Positions 54,801 to 62,567 of a stretch of DNA of 64,000 nucleotides are shown one piece after another. The position numbers and the translations under genes were made by a program. Position 1 is the stretch's first letter; each line of letters begins with the position of its first letter. The stretch is from Thermodesulfobacteriota bacterium (GTDB lineage Bacteria; Desulfobacterota_D; UBA1144; Nemesobacterales; UBA2774): positions 352,001 to 416,000 of the forward strand of contig OZ244197.1 of assembly GCA_965216785.1 (NCBI GenBank), given 5' to 3'. The notes beneath the pieces were generated by a model. It worked only from the letters and a program-made list of their open reading frames with translations. It ran no database searches and had not been told where the DNA came from.

Positions 54801-55549
54801 TGTAATACATCCGTCAATTCAAAATTTATTCGCGCGTTTGCCTCCAGAGTTGAATCTTGGTTATTCAAAAGACTCTTATTCCCTAGTGCTAAGTCTCTCG
54901 TATTTATATCCAATAGTCCTGTTGTTAAATCAGTCTTTGATTGTACTTTACCTTCAATATCAAATTTACGACCTAAAGCACTAATATCACCGATAAAGTC
55001 AACTTCGCTTGACTGCTTTTCGTTATTACTGTCGATGCCGATAGCTAGTGATTTTGAGTAGAGTGTGAGATCGGGGCTTATCTGACAATGAGCGTCCGTG
55101 ATTGTAACTCCTTGAATTACAACCCGAGAAGGTCTTTCTTTATCGTCTTTATCGCTTTTAATCAGCTCAAGGAGATTTTGTATATTGTCCCGAGTTGCCT
55201 GAAGATTCGGGTCCTCAACAATAACCTCATTAATAATCAATCTCTGCTCTAAAAGAGAAGAGATGATAGCGGGGTCTACTGTAATTCTTTTTACTTCGGC
55301 GATCTTAACATTATTTTGTAAAGGGTCCGTGATCGTAAGTCCGCTCAATCTGAGGTTGAACAGGGGATCTATACCGATCTCTTTAAATTCAATAGAATAG
55401 CCGAGCTCTTTGGATAATTTCTCAATATATCCAGGCGCTTCTCCACTGAGCTTTCTGTCTAATATAATGTTAACGGATATTAATGCTGCTAGGATTAAAA
55501 CGGCAGCAATAACAAGAATTTTCAGGAACCCGTGTCTCGAAAGGGTCAT
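51848..55549 (-). CDS. AsmA-like/YdbH-type intermembrane bridge protein
   Basis: 1233 aa, single N-terminal TM, beta-taco-like repetitive strands, C-terminal ITGRVNG...Y....G; directly upstream of the YdbL-like gene. Confidence 0.7.
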   Translation of the reverse strand: MTLSRHGFLKILVIAAVLILAALISVNIILDRKLSGEAPGYIEKLSKELGYSIEFKEIGIDPLFNLRLSGLTITDPLQNNVKIAEVKRITVDPAIISSLLEQRLIINEVIVEDPNLQATRDNIQNLLELIKSDKDDKERPSRVVIQGVTITDAHCQISPDLTLYSKSLAIGIDSNNEKQSSEVDFIGDISALGRKFDIEGKVQSKTDLTTGLLDINTRDLALGNKSLLNNQDSTLEANARINFELTDVLHAYGLMSVNPLDKRADSAESALMIDYDLQYNPSLQTAALEKLDLSINGLMEGSFTGSADVKEEDVIININGSAEAKDLSALKNLLPSLEQDEISGSATAQNVTISGSGKKGKFSIKGEVLTSDLNYKKTEEDLELSGLNCNLRINQTLTIGDSFPIISTGKCAADTFNWVKTGAIADISSDVKISATENWSKTDISLSSLKGSFMDGVLSGSMGFDLSGGGFKLKGLLTGQNLNLKETPKSVIPFDIEGTALTATANFGGGSGDYDADISFTAGDVILSLSKGRAFKLSKVESVENLAFKFLSEDKTEASAGVYRDTITIENEGLRYESLTFGDYLVKNGRVKKLSFSLTLGSDWSINMASTGSNFEVLGKDISLSEFNESFSIENSGRDGFSGHVKGQGGRFKAIEFPSVEWDYKYLGNFIELSKVKADVGAIGRFETDDLTLRMGDQGGYPFLSKFKESIFTGLDGKVTSNTISGDFTINDPNSGAIDWEGRVEAAKLEVLSQPIQDLKVLVTPNETGLVLDNITGEFSNGALAGKIDVDTTGPRVKIDTDIELSGASLSTGGMSANIAKTNFNFTGLLPQNSLPEGSGKLTANGISLTNNGTSYTYRGELYAKTVGETLFIEKGFIVGKDSMELGFTGKMTNSLNEERQLELSIPGIQIPVAMNVLRPFLPESAANAKTQGQADLELVLYNLFYPNQTWGGRLRVLRGAYTGKLSGTELRIKEVYGTITIKDDADSENPLSSFMGDQLKLNKSIYKKFLRSVKDFDTSQDSDYLKIGELNYGIIKIEDIDCQLEVDRGEINLKKLTSKIYRGGLYGAGIYYFQGNGNYNISFLFDEISLEAISKSISSEKDYITGRVNGLAWITGEGGDLNTIDGPFKFWATNSPKEQRKVGEALLDKLGARERLILGSSRGYDKGDISGYINDGVITFKEFNISNSILGFKNLNIQADPRQNSISISHLISVIRELAKRALTGGPTIETN

Positions 55550-55637
55550 ACAGAAGATATTATATTTAGTATTGCCTAATTTAAAAGGAGAATTTAAAAG
55601 AGGCTAAAAACCGGAGCGCCCGCTGACAGGCAATCAA

Positions 55638-56054
55638 CTAGGGATTATCGCTAACGAGCTCGACAGTTCTCGCTTTTATGACATTTTTCACTTTATACAG
55701 AAAGTATTTTTTCTCCTTTCTGAACTTACCCGTTATACGAACAGTATCGCCCTTTTCGATCGGTAAGTGCTCGTCCTCATAATACACTCCGAGCTTGTTG
55801 CCTTGAGAGTCTTTCAATTCGAAAACCGTAAAATCCTCTCCCTTACTCGATTTCGTGTACTTTACTTTCTTTACTACGCCCTCAAGAGTGACTTTCCTGC
55901 CGTCGTATTGCTTGGGCTCTGATACCACTTCTGCGATATTCGAGGATATGATTTCTTCGGTGGCATTATTCGGAACTAGGCTGTTTCCCGATTGCCCGAA
56001 AACCGCCTGAAAGGGAAATGATAAAAGTAACAATATAACGAGTGTACGTTTCAT
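55638..56054 (-). CDS. Exported OB-fold protein
   Basis: Signal peptide; YDGRKVTLEGVV...F.LKD..G...GDTVRITGKF. Confidence 0.75.
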   Translation of the reverse strand: MKRTLVILLLLSFPFQAVFGQSGNSLVPNNATEEIISSNIAEVVSEPKQYDGRKVTLEGVVKKVKYTKSSKGEDFTVFELKDSQGNKLGVYYEDEHLPIEKGDTVRITGKFRKEKKYFLYKVKNVIKARTVELVSDNP

Positions 56055-56228
56055 TTTAATTCCTCAAATAAAAAATTCTTCTAAATTCTCAGATCTTCAA
56101 GACTGACATATAATTATAAGTATGGAATGTTAAATTACCACCCGATTTGTTGTTAGGTGTCTCGTCCGGCATTCAACTAATGTTGTTAAACAGTTAAAAT
56201 ATATCTATATACGCTCAAGGAAAAACGC

Positions 56229-57029
56229 ATGCCCTCATCTATGATAAGAAAGATAAACGGACTGCTCAAGAGTGAGAGCCTGGGGAAAGTCATACATTAT
56301 TTTGACGAGGTTGATTCAACAAACGATACTCTTTACGAGCTTGCGTCAAAAGGCGCTTCTGAGGGTACCGCGGTTATAGCAGACGCACAAACCCGTGGAA
56401 AGGGTAGACTGGGCAGAACCTGGATATCGCCCGGCGGGCATAATCTATATTTATCCGTACTCTTAAGGCCCGGGATGGGAGCCACCGAAGCTGCACTCCT
56501 GACTCTGGTTGCTTCAATAGCCGTATACGAGTGTTTAAAAAAAACCGGCATTCATAACGGGGCTATAAAATGGCCAAACGATATCCTGATCGACAAGAAA
56601 AAAATAGCGGGCGTACTAACGGAGATGCAACCAAAAGGCGATAAAGCGGATTTTGTAGTTGTGGGTATAGGGGTGAATGTGAATATGTCCAGAGCTGTTA
56701 TTAACAGAGAAATGGACGACTTTGCCAGACATGTTACCTCGGTTAGCGAGAATTTGGGCAGGGAAGTGGACCGGGCAAAACTTGCTGCCGATTTACTTAA
56801 GGAACTTGAAGATTGGTATAGCACAATGAGACTGCGGGGAAAACCCGCTATTTTGAAGGAATGGATGGATAGATGGGGCGGCCTAAACCAGAATGTACGT
56901 GTAAGAATTGAGGGTCAGGAAGAATTTCAAGGAACAGCCCAAGGAATAGATGAAAACGGCCATTTATTGGTTCAAAGAGAAAACGGCGAAACAGTAGAAG
57001 TAATAACGGGTGATATATCTATTATTTAG
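56229..57029 (+). CDS. birA: Biotin--[acetyl-CoA-carboxylase] ligase (no HTH)
   Basis: DSTN, QTRGKGRLGRTW, KWPND, KIAGVL, GIGVN. Confidence 0.95.
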   Translation: MPSSMIRKINGLLKSESLGKVIHYFDEVDSTNDTLYELASKGASEGTAVIADAQTRGKGRLGRTWISPGGHNLYLSVLLRPGMGATEAALLTLVASIAVYECLKKTGIHNGAIKWPNDILIDKKKIAGVLTEMQPKGDKADFVVVGIGVNVNMSRAVINREMDDFARHVTSVSENLGREVDRAKLAADLLKELEDWYSTMRLRGKPAILKEWMDRWGGLNQNVRVRIEGQEEFQGTAQGIDENGHLLVQRENGETVEVITGDISII

Positions 57030-57375
57030 CCCTGAAACCAGACATTTCTTCTCTCATATTCTGCATCAGCTCTGTCCACTGATGAACTAATGAAAAATCA
57101 TTTTCGGGAAGAAGTTTCCTTATCACTATCCCACTTTCTTTAACTTCTACCCTGCAGTCCTTATATCTTTTGGATAGTATTTCGGCGAATTTATATAGCT
57201 TACTTACCGCCCCGGGATCGTTACCAACAAATTTGGAGACAAGAACAACTTCCTGATCGAAACCTTCAAATATGAGATTCCAAAGGCTTGAGCTTGCCTC
57301 CATCGCAAAAGAAAGATCAATCGAATCAGACTGACTGACATCTTTTTCCATATTCACCTGGAGTGACTGCTCCAC
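57022..57375 (-). CDS. Hypothetical protein
   Basis: 117-aa ORF filling the gap downstream of the TPR gene; GTG start, AGGTG upstream; no recognisable motif. Confidence 0.55.
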   Translation of the reverse strand: MEQSLQVNMEKDVSQSDSIDLSFAMEASSSLWNLIFEGFDQEVVLVSKFVGNDPGAVSKLYKFAEILSKRYKDCRVEVKESGIVIRKLLPENDFSLVHQWTELMQNMREEMSGFRAK

Positions 57376-57403
57376 ACAGTCACCTAATTAGACCATATAT
57401 AAC

Positions 57404-58411
57404 TTATCCGCCTCCGAGCGCCGCAATCCTTTGCTTGGCGGTGTCCCCATATCCTTTATATCTATCCTGTCCGAGTGAGATCTCGAGAAACTTTTTGTAG
57501 TTAGCAATTGCTTCAGATCTCTTGTTTTGCTTCTCGTAACCCTGTGCTAAGAAGAAGTAGGCCTCAGGGGTATTGGGATTTAGTGAAATCGCCTTTTGTT
57601 CACTCGAGACAGTATTGGCGAATTGTTTCATATAGAAGTAAGTAATACCAAGATTCATGTACGCCGGGGCATAGTTAGGGTTAAGCTCAATTGCCTTTTG
57701 GAACTGATTTACGGCTTTTTGATAATAGCCCTGGTAGTTGAGCGCCGTTCCAAGATAGTTGTGAAGCTGGGCGGATGGAGCTATCTCTACAGCCTTTTTA
57801 TACTGTGCCGCGGCCTGATTGAAAGAGCGTCTTTTCTGATAGTAGGCATTACCAAGACCTATGTACGCGGGAACGTATTTGGGATTGAGCTCGATTGCCT
57901 TTCTGATCTCCGGAGCGTTAGGGTTTCCGCCGCTTGCGGCCCAGAGTATGTAATAGGCTTCAGCGTTATTGGGGTCCTTAGCTAGAATGCCTCTCGCTGC
58001 CGCGATAGCCTCTTTCTCACGGCTCAAATGGTAATAGCTATAAGCAAGAGCAACCTGAGTCGCCTCTAGATCGGGACCGAGTTTAAGGGCCTTTTCCATA
58101 TTTTTATATGAATCGTTATAGTATTTCTCATAATCGTCTTTTATCAGGTATCTGTAAAAACCCATGAAGGAATAAACTTCGGCAAGCCCGGCGTATGCCG
58201 GAGCATAATTCGCGTCTATAGCGATAGCTTTATTATATGTCGCTATTGCTTGCTCAAACCCCTCAGGCGTAAACTTCATAAATTCGGCTTTTCCCTGCTT
58301 ATACAACCCGGCTGCACCGGCTGCATCTTGGGCAATTGCAGTGTTAGCGTCTAACCCCGCAACTGTAAAAGTTATAGAAAGTAAAACCAAGCTTAAAATC
58401 AAACGCTTCAT
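57404..58411 (-). CDS. Exported tetratricopeptide repeat protein
   Basis: Signal peptide after SD AGGAGG; repeated KAIELNP.Y.PAY..LG TPR units. Confidence 0.9.
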   Translation of the reverse strand: MKRLILSLVLLSITFTVAGLDANTAIAQDAAGAAGLYKQGKAEFMKFTPEGFEQAIATYNKAIAIDANYAPAYAGLAEVYSFMGFYRYLIKDDYEKYYNDSYKNMEKALKLGPDLEATQVALAYSYYHLSREKEAIAAARGILAKDPNNAEAYYILWAASGGNPNAPEIRKAIELNPKYVPAYIGLGNAYYQKRRSFNQAAAQYKKAVEIAPSAQLHNYLGTALNYQGYYQKAVNQFQKAIELNPNYAPAYMNLGITYFYMKQFANTVSSEQKAISLNPNTPEAYFFLAQGYEKQNKRSEAIANYKKFLEISLGQDRYKGYGDTAKQRIAALGGG

Positions 58412-58458
58412 AACTCCCTCCTTGTAAAGTATTGTGCCTATAATGATTGTATCCGGTA

Positions 58459-58989
58459 TCAATACCCTTCGAGTATATATTTAACTATCTCTTTAGCCAA
58501 ACCTTCATAAATATCCTTTGCCAAAAAGCCCATAGAGCTAAACCCGTTTACTTCTCCAGAGGATATTTCATCGCCGGTAGCCTTATTAACCAAGGCTAAC
58601 TGGACTGTTACCGAAACCTCTCCGAATTTTACTCCGCCGCCTTCATAAGAAATATCTGTGCTCGGTCTGTATTCACTTACCTCGCCTAAAACTACTATAG
58701 TATCCTCTGCAGGAATATTTTCAATTGCCCCAAACTCCACTTCTTTGAATTTATCCTTCGTAGCAAGCAGCGCTGCCGACTCTGCCGGGATTTTCGATAG
58801 CGCCTGTTCTGGAAAATCGACTATTTCAGTTACAAACTTATCGAACTGTACGGCCTGGAAACTGCTGAGCTTTTCTTTAGAAGGCTTAAAGTAAGATGTT
58901 GTTTTAATGCTCGCGCAGCCACTAAACATCAGAGCCAAAAAGAACAGCGAACATGCGGCATAGTATGAGCGGTAATTTCTATCTTTCAT
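58459..58989 (-). CDS. Lipoprotein, DUF4410-like
   Basis: Lipobox FSGC; VLGEVSEY...V.VQLALVNKATG; SD GGAGG before MKDRNY. Confidence 0.6.
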   Translation of the reverse strand: MKDRNYRSYYAACSLFFLALMFSGCASIKTTSYFKPSKEKLSSFQAVQFDKFVTEIVDFPEQALSKIPAESAALLATKDKFKEVEFGAIENIPAEDTIVVLGEVSEYRPSTDISYEGGGVKFGEVSVTVQLALVNKATGDEISSGEVNGFSSMGFLAKDIYEGLAKEIVKYILEGY

Positions 58990-59103
58990 AATTTCGTGCT
59001 CCTCCTTATAAGACAAGTAGTATAAAATAGCATACTTCTTCTACTTGATAAACATCAAATCTTAATATTCTGTTATCACAAATGCGCTACGTGAAAAATT
59101 TAC

Positions 59104-59149
59104 TGTACAAAATTTGTCACTATTGTACAACTTTTGCGAAAATTGTCAC
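59104..59149 (+). promoter_or_regulatory. Putative bEBP (PilR-like) upstream activator sites
   Basis: Repeated GTACAAAATTTGTCAC and GCGAAAATTGTCAC about 125-170 bp upstream of the sigma54 promoter. Confidence 0.5.
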
Positions 59150-59228
59150 ATCAAACGTGCCTTTAAGGCTTTTTCAAAGCCACTGTATTTTGCTGAAATT
59201 TAGTTCAAATTTTAATATTATCATATTA

Positions 59229-59241
59229 TATCAGGGGGTTA
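59229..59241 (+). promoter_or_regulatory. IHF binding site
   Basis: TATCAGGGGGTTA matches WATCARNNNNTTR with an AT-rich 5' flank, between the putative enhancer sites and the sigma54 promoter. Confidence 0.6.
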
Positions 59242-59271
59242 TAAGCAGGAGGCTCTGAAATACACCGAATT

Positions 59272-59287
59272 TGGCACGTGGCTTGCA
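59272..59287 (+). promoter_or_regulatory. Sigma54 (-24/-12) promoter of the major pilin
   Basis: TGGCACGTGGCTTGCA fits TGGCAC-N5-TTGC exactly, about 40 bp before SD AGGAGG and the ATG. Confidence 0.88.
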
Positions 59288-59329
59288 AAATATCTAGTCA
59301 AACTCAAAATCTTTTAGGAGGTAGTAGAT

Positions 59330-59929
59330 ATGTTAAGGAATATACTGAGAAAGAAAAAAGGCGAGAAAGGGTTTACCCTTATCGAGCTTTTGGTTGTTGC
59401 AGCGATCATCGGCATCCTGCTCGCAATCGCTATCCCTAACCTTATAAAGGCAAGAATATCCGCAAACGAGGCAAACGCAAGAAAGGCCTTGCAGACCCTT
59501 AGAGACGCGGAAGGGGAGTATTTCGAGCAAGATCTTAACGATGATGGTGAGAGAAACTACACCGGATTTATTGGGGATCTCAGCACTGCTGAATCACTCC
59601 GTAATCCGGAAGGAACAAGTGATGAAGAGGACGCACTCATAGATTCAAGCTTTGAGGGTGCGGACGATGGAGAAGATCCCGCTGCGGCAGGCTGCGCGGA
59701 CTCAAAAGCCGGGTACTGCATAGGCTGGGATGCCGCTACCATCGAGGCAGCTGCAGGTAACCTTGATGATTTCGGATGGGAAGCTTCTATGACAAGTTTC
59801 CGTAAGACAGGTAGAAAAGACTTCGCGGTTTACGGAGACGGCGTTATAAGGTGCACAGTTACCGGAGCCACCAACTCAGGCGATCCTGGTGACTTTAATG
59901 CCGATCGTACAACCGGCGCTTGCGACTAA
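59330..59929 (+). CDS. pilA: Type IVa major prepilin
   Basis: Basic leader, G|FTLIELLVV cleavage/methylation site, P22, 4 Cys; own sigma54 promoter and strong terminator. Confidence 0.88.
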   Translation: MLRNILRKKKGEKGFTLIELLVVAAIIGILLAIAIPNLIKARISANEANARKALQTLRDAEGEYFEQDLNDDGERNYTGFIGDLSTAESLRNPEGTSDEEDALIDSSFEGADDGEDPAAAGCADSKAGYCIGWDAATIEAAAGNLDDFGWEASMTSFRKTGRKDFAVYGDGVIRCTVTGATNSGDPGDFNADRTTGACD

Positions 59930-59978
59930 TAATTTTAAGAAAAAGTTAGTTCAATGTAAAGAGTACAAAATGTTTACT

Positions 59979-60010
59979 ATAAAACAGCGGGGTTAGCCCC
60001 GCTGTTTTAT
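59979..60010 (+). terminator. Rho-independent terminator after pilA
   Basis: ATAAAACAGCGGGG-TTAG-CCCCGCTGTTTTAT, a perfect 14-bp inverted repeat. Confidence 0.92.
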
Positions 60011-60129
60011 CATCGCCCAATTGGTACACAAAGTAGAAATTACTACTTTGATCACTTGCTTTATCAAATAGAATTTCCTGTACGCATACTGCACAATTAA
60101 ATTGTAATTACGAGTAGGAGCATACTAAA

Positions 60130-60726
60130 ATGATACAACCGGGCAAAATAAAATTTCAAAACGGATTTACACTGATAGAGTTGCTCGTTGTTGCGGCTAT
60201 TATAGGCATTCTACTTGCCATTGCTATTCCAAATCTCTTAAAAGCCCGAATTTCCTCAAACGAAGTGAATGCGCGAAAAGCGCTGCAAACCTTAAAAGAT
60301 GCAGAGTATGAGTATTTTGAGCAGGATCTGAATGATGACGGTGAGAGAAATTTTACAAATTTCATAGGGACTCTCGGTACACCAGGAACACTCCGCGACC
60401 CCTCAGGAACTAATGACGAAGAAGACTCGCTGATTGACAATACCTTTGAGAAGGCGGTAATAAACGACGGTAGTCCTGCAAGTTCCGCAAACTGCGTAGA
60501 CTCAAAGGCCGGTTACTGCATCGCATGGAGCAGCGACGTTGAAACCGACGATTTGACCCTAGTAGCAGACTTCGGATGGGAAGCCTCCATGACGAATGCA
60601 AGGGTTAACGGGAGAAAAGACTTTTCCGCTTTCGCAGATAAAGTTATAAAATGCACCGTAACAACCCAGAGCAAGGGGCAGGCCGGGACGTTTGAATCCG
60701 GGCGTAGTGACTCCGCTTGTGAGTGA
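60130..60726 (+). CDS. Second type IV prepilin, paralog of the upstream pilin
   Basis: G|FTLIELLVVAAIIGILLAIAIPNL identical to pilin 1; shared blocks EYFEQDLNDDGERN, DSKAGYCI, DFGWEASMT, GRKDF. Confidence 0.88.
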   Translation: MIQPGKIKFQNGFTLIELLVVAAIIGILLAIAIPNLLKARISSNEVNARKALQTLKDAEYEYFEQDLNDDGERNFTNFIGTLGTPGTLRDPSGTNDEEDSLIDNTFEKAVINDGSPASSANCVDSKAGYCIAWSSDVETDDLTLVADFGWEASMTNARVNGRKDFSAFADKVIKCTVTTQSKGQAGTFESGRSDSACE

Positions 60727-60832
60727 TAAGCTTATATTCCTCAAATTAGAATTATCAAGCCCACAATCAACCTAATTATCCGAGAGATATTGCCTCTAAA
60801 CACCGATTAACATATATTTTAGATATCCGGTT

Positions 60833-61762
60833 ATGTCAGAAACTATTCTCCAAGTAAATGAGCTGGTTAAAAACTTTAAGACAGGGTTCTTTGGAAAAGA
60901 AGCCAAGGTTCTAAAAGGGGTTTCATTCTCTGTCGAAAGCGGGGAGATATATGGCTTTGTCGGGCCGAACGGCGCCGGAAAAACCACTACCTTTAAATGC
61001 ATCCTGGGGTTTGCGCAGAAATCTGGCGGTAACATCAGCCTGATGGGCGAAAGTAACGGTAACGTCGACATAAAAGCCCGGATTGGGTACTTGCCCGAGA
61101 ACCCCTACTTTTACGACTACTTAACGGGCGAAGAGCTGCTCCACTACATGGGAGAGCTGCACGGTATAAAACAAAAGACGCTTAAGGATAGAGTGGATTT
61201 TCTATTATCGAAAGTCAATATGAGCCACGCCCGAAGTCTACAGCTCAGAAAGTACTCCAAGGGGATGCTCCAGAGGATTGGAGTCGCTCAGGCGCTCATA
61301 AACGACCCGGAATTTATCATCCTGGACGAGCCTATGAGCGGACTTGACCCTATAGGTAGAAGAGAGATTAAAGACTTGATACTGGAGAAGAAAGCGAAAG
61401 GGAAAACGATACTTCTCAGCTCGCATATGCTAGCTGACGTAGAAGCGCTCTGTGACAGAGTAGCGCTGATAATGAACGGCAGGGTTGTTAGGACAGGCAC
61501 CATCGGTGAGCTACTAAACGAGATACACACAGATTACGAGCTCTTTCTCGAAGGATCGAGAGACGATGTCAGAGAGCACGTAAAAGACCTGAATGTTGAG
61601 CTAGAGGAAAGAGCCGGCTTCTTGGTGCTCAAGTTTGATGAGGATATAAAGACTAGGGTTTTTGAAGCTGTAATGAAATCCTCCTCAGAGATTGTCTCAC
61701 TTCATCCAATGAGAAAATCGCTGGAAGGACTATTTGTAGAAGAGGCTAACAAAAATGAATAG
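60833..61762 (+). CDS. ABC transporter ATP-binding protein (PilH-like)
   Basis: GPNGAGKTT, GYLPENPYFYDYLT, YSKGMLQR, ILDEPMSGLDP, SSH. Confidence 0.93.
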   Translation: MSETILQVNELVKNFKTGFFGKEAKVLKGVSFSVESGEIYGFVGPNGAGKTTTFKCILGFAQKSGGNISLMGESNGNVDIKARIGYLPENPYFYDYLTGEELLHYMGELHGIKQKTLKDRVDFLLSKVNMSHARSLQLRKYSKGMLQRIGVAQALINDPEFIILDEPMSGLDPIGRREIKDLILEKKAKGKTILLSSHMLADVEALCDRVALIMNGRVVRTGTIGELLNEIHTDYELFLEGSRDDVREHVKDLNVELEERAGFLVLKFDEDIKTRVFEAVMKSSSEIVSLHPMRKSLEGLFVEEANKNE

Positions 61763-62558
61763 AGTATTTAGCGTAGCGCGCAACACATTCATTGAAGCCA
61801 TAAGAGATAGAGTCCTCTACAGCCTGGTCGTTTTTGCTATACTGATGATTCTAAGCTCACTTATCATAGCCGCCATTTCCGGAGAGCAGTACAATAAAAT
61901 TGTAAAAGACTTGGGACTCACAGCTATTTCAATAATAGGCATCATGCTGTCCGTATTTCTGGGCATGGGTCTTGTTTATAAAGAGATAGAGAAAAAAACA
62001 GTCTATAACATCTTCTCAAAACCGATTAAGCGATACGAATTTATTCTCGGCAAGTATTTAGGCCTGGCTTTTACACTACTTCTAATTACTATTGGGATGG
62101 CAATTATACTTTTCCTCTTGGTTCTATATACGGAGCTCAGATATCAGGGGCTTATAGAGTTTTATTACGGGGGTCAGCATTTCAGCGAATTTTTTAACGC
62201 CATATATTTTCAGTATCTGGAATTCTTAATTATTATCGGCATCGCTCTTATATTCTCTAGTTTCACAAGCCCTATACTGAGCGTTTTATTCACATTTTTA
62301 CTATTCGCGATAGGACGCTTTTCAGGCGATATAAGACTATTTGCAGAGGAGATAAAAAACCCGGTGAGCGCCGTTTTCGCCGAGGTGATTTATACGGTTA
62401 TACCCAATCTTGAGAAGTTTAACGCAAGGAGTGAAGCCGTATACGGCGGCAGTTTAAACTGGGAGCTAATAATTTATACGACCGTCTATGCAATCATTTA
62501 TACGATTGCGCTCCTATTGCTTTCCATGGTCATTTTTGAAAAAAAGGAATTTAAGTAA
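61755..62558 (+). CDS. ABC transporter permease (PilI-like)
   Basis: ARNTFIEAIRDRVLY, DLGL, KEIEKKTVY..SKPI.R..FILGKYLG, FEKKEF; multiple TM helices. Confidence 0.9.
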   Translation: MNRVFSVARNTFIEAIRDRVLYSLVVFAILMILSSLIIAAISGEQYNKIVKDLGLTAISIIGIMLSVFLGMGLVYKEIEKKTVYNIFSKPIKRYEFILGKYLGLAFTLLLITIGMAIILFLLVLYTELRYQGLIEFYYGGQHFSEFFNAIYFQYLEFLIIIGIALIFSSFTSPILSVLFTFLLFAIGRFSGDIRLFAEEIKNPVSAVFAEVIYTVIPNLEKFNARSEAVYGGSLNWELIIYTTVYAIIYTIALLLLSMVIFEKKEFK

Positions 62559-62567
62559 CCAAGCCCC

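Noticed and set aside
60021-60037. Second sigma54 promoter for pilin 2 (TTGGTACACAAAGTAGA)
   Set aside because: -24-like TGGTAC is present but there is no GC at -12.
59330-60726. Electrically conductive (e-pili) interpretation
   Set aside because: Pilins are long, aromatic content of pilin 1 is only about 14/185, and the aromatic residues at positions 24/27 are absent (PNLIKA).
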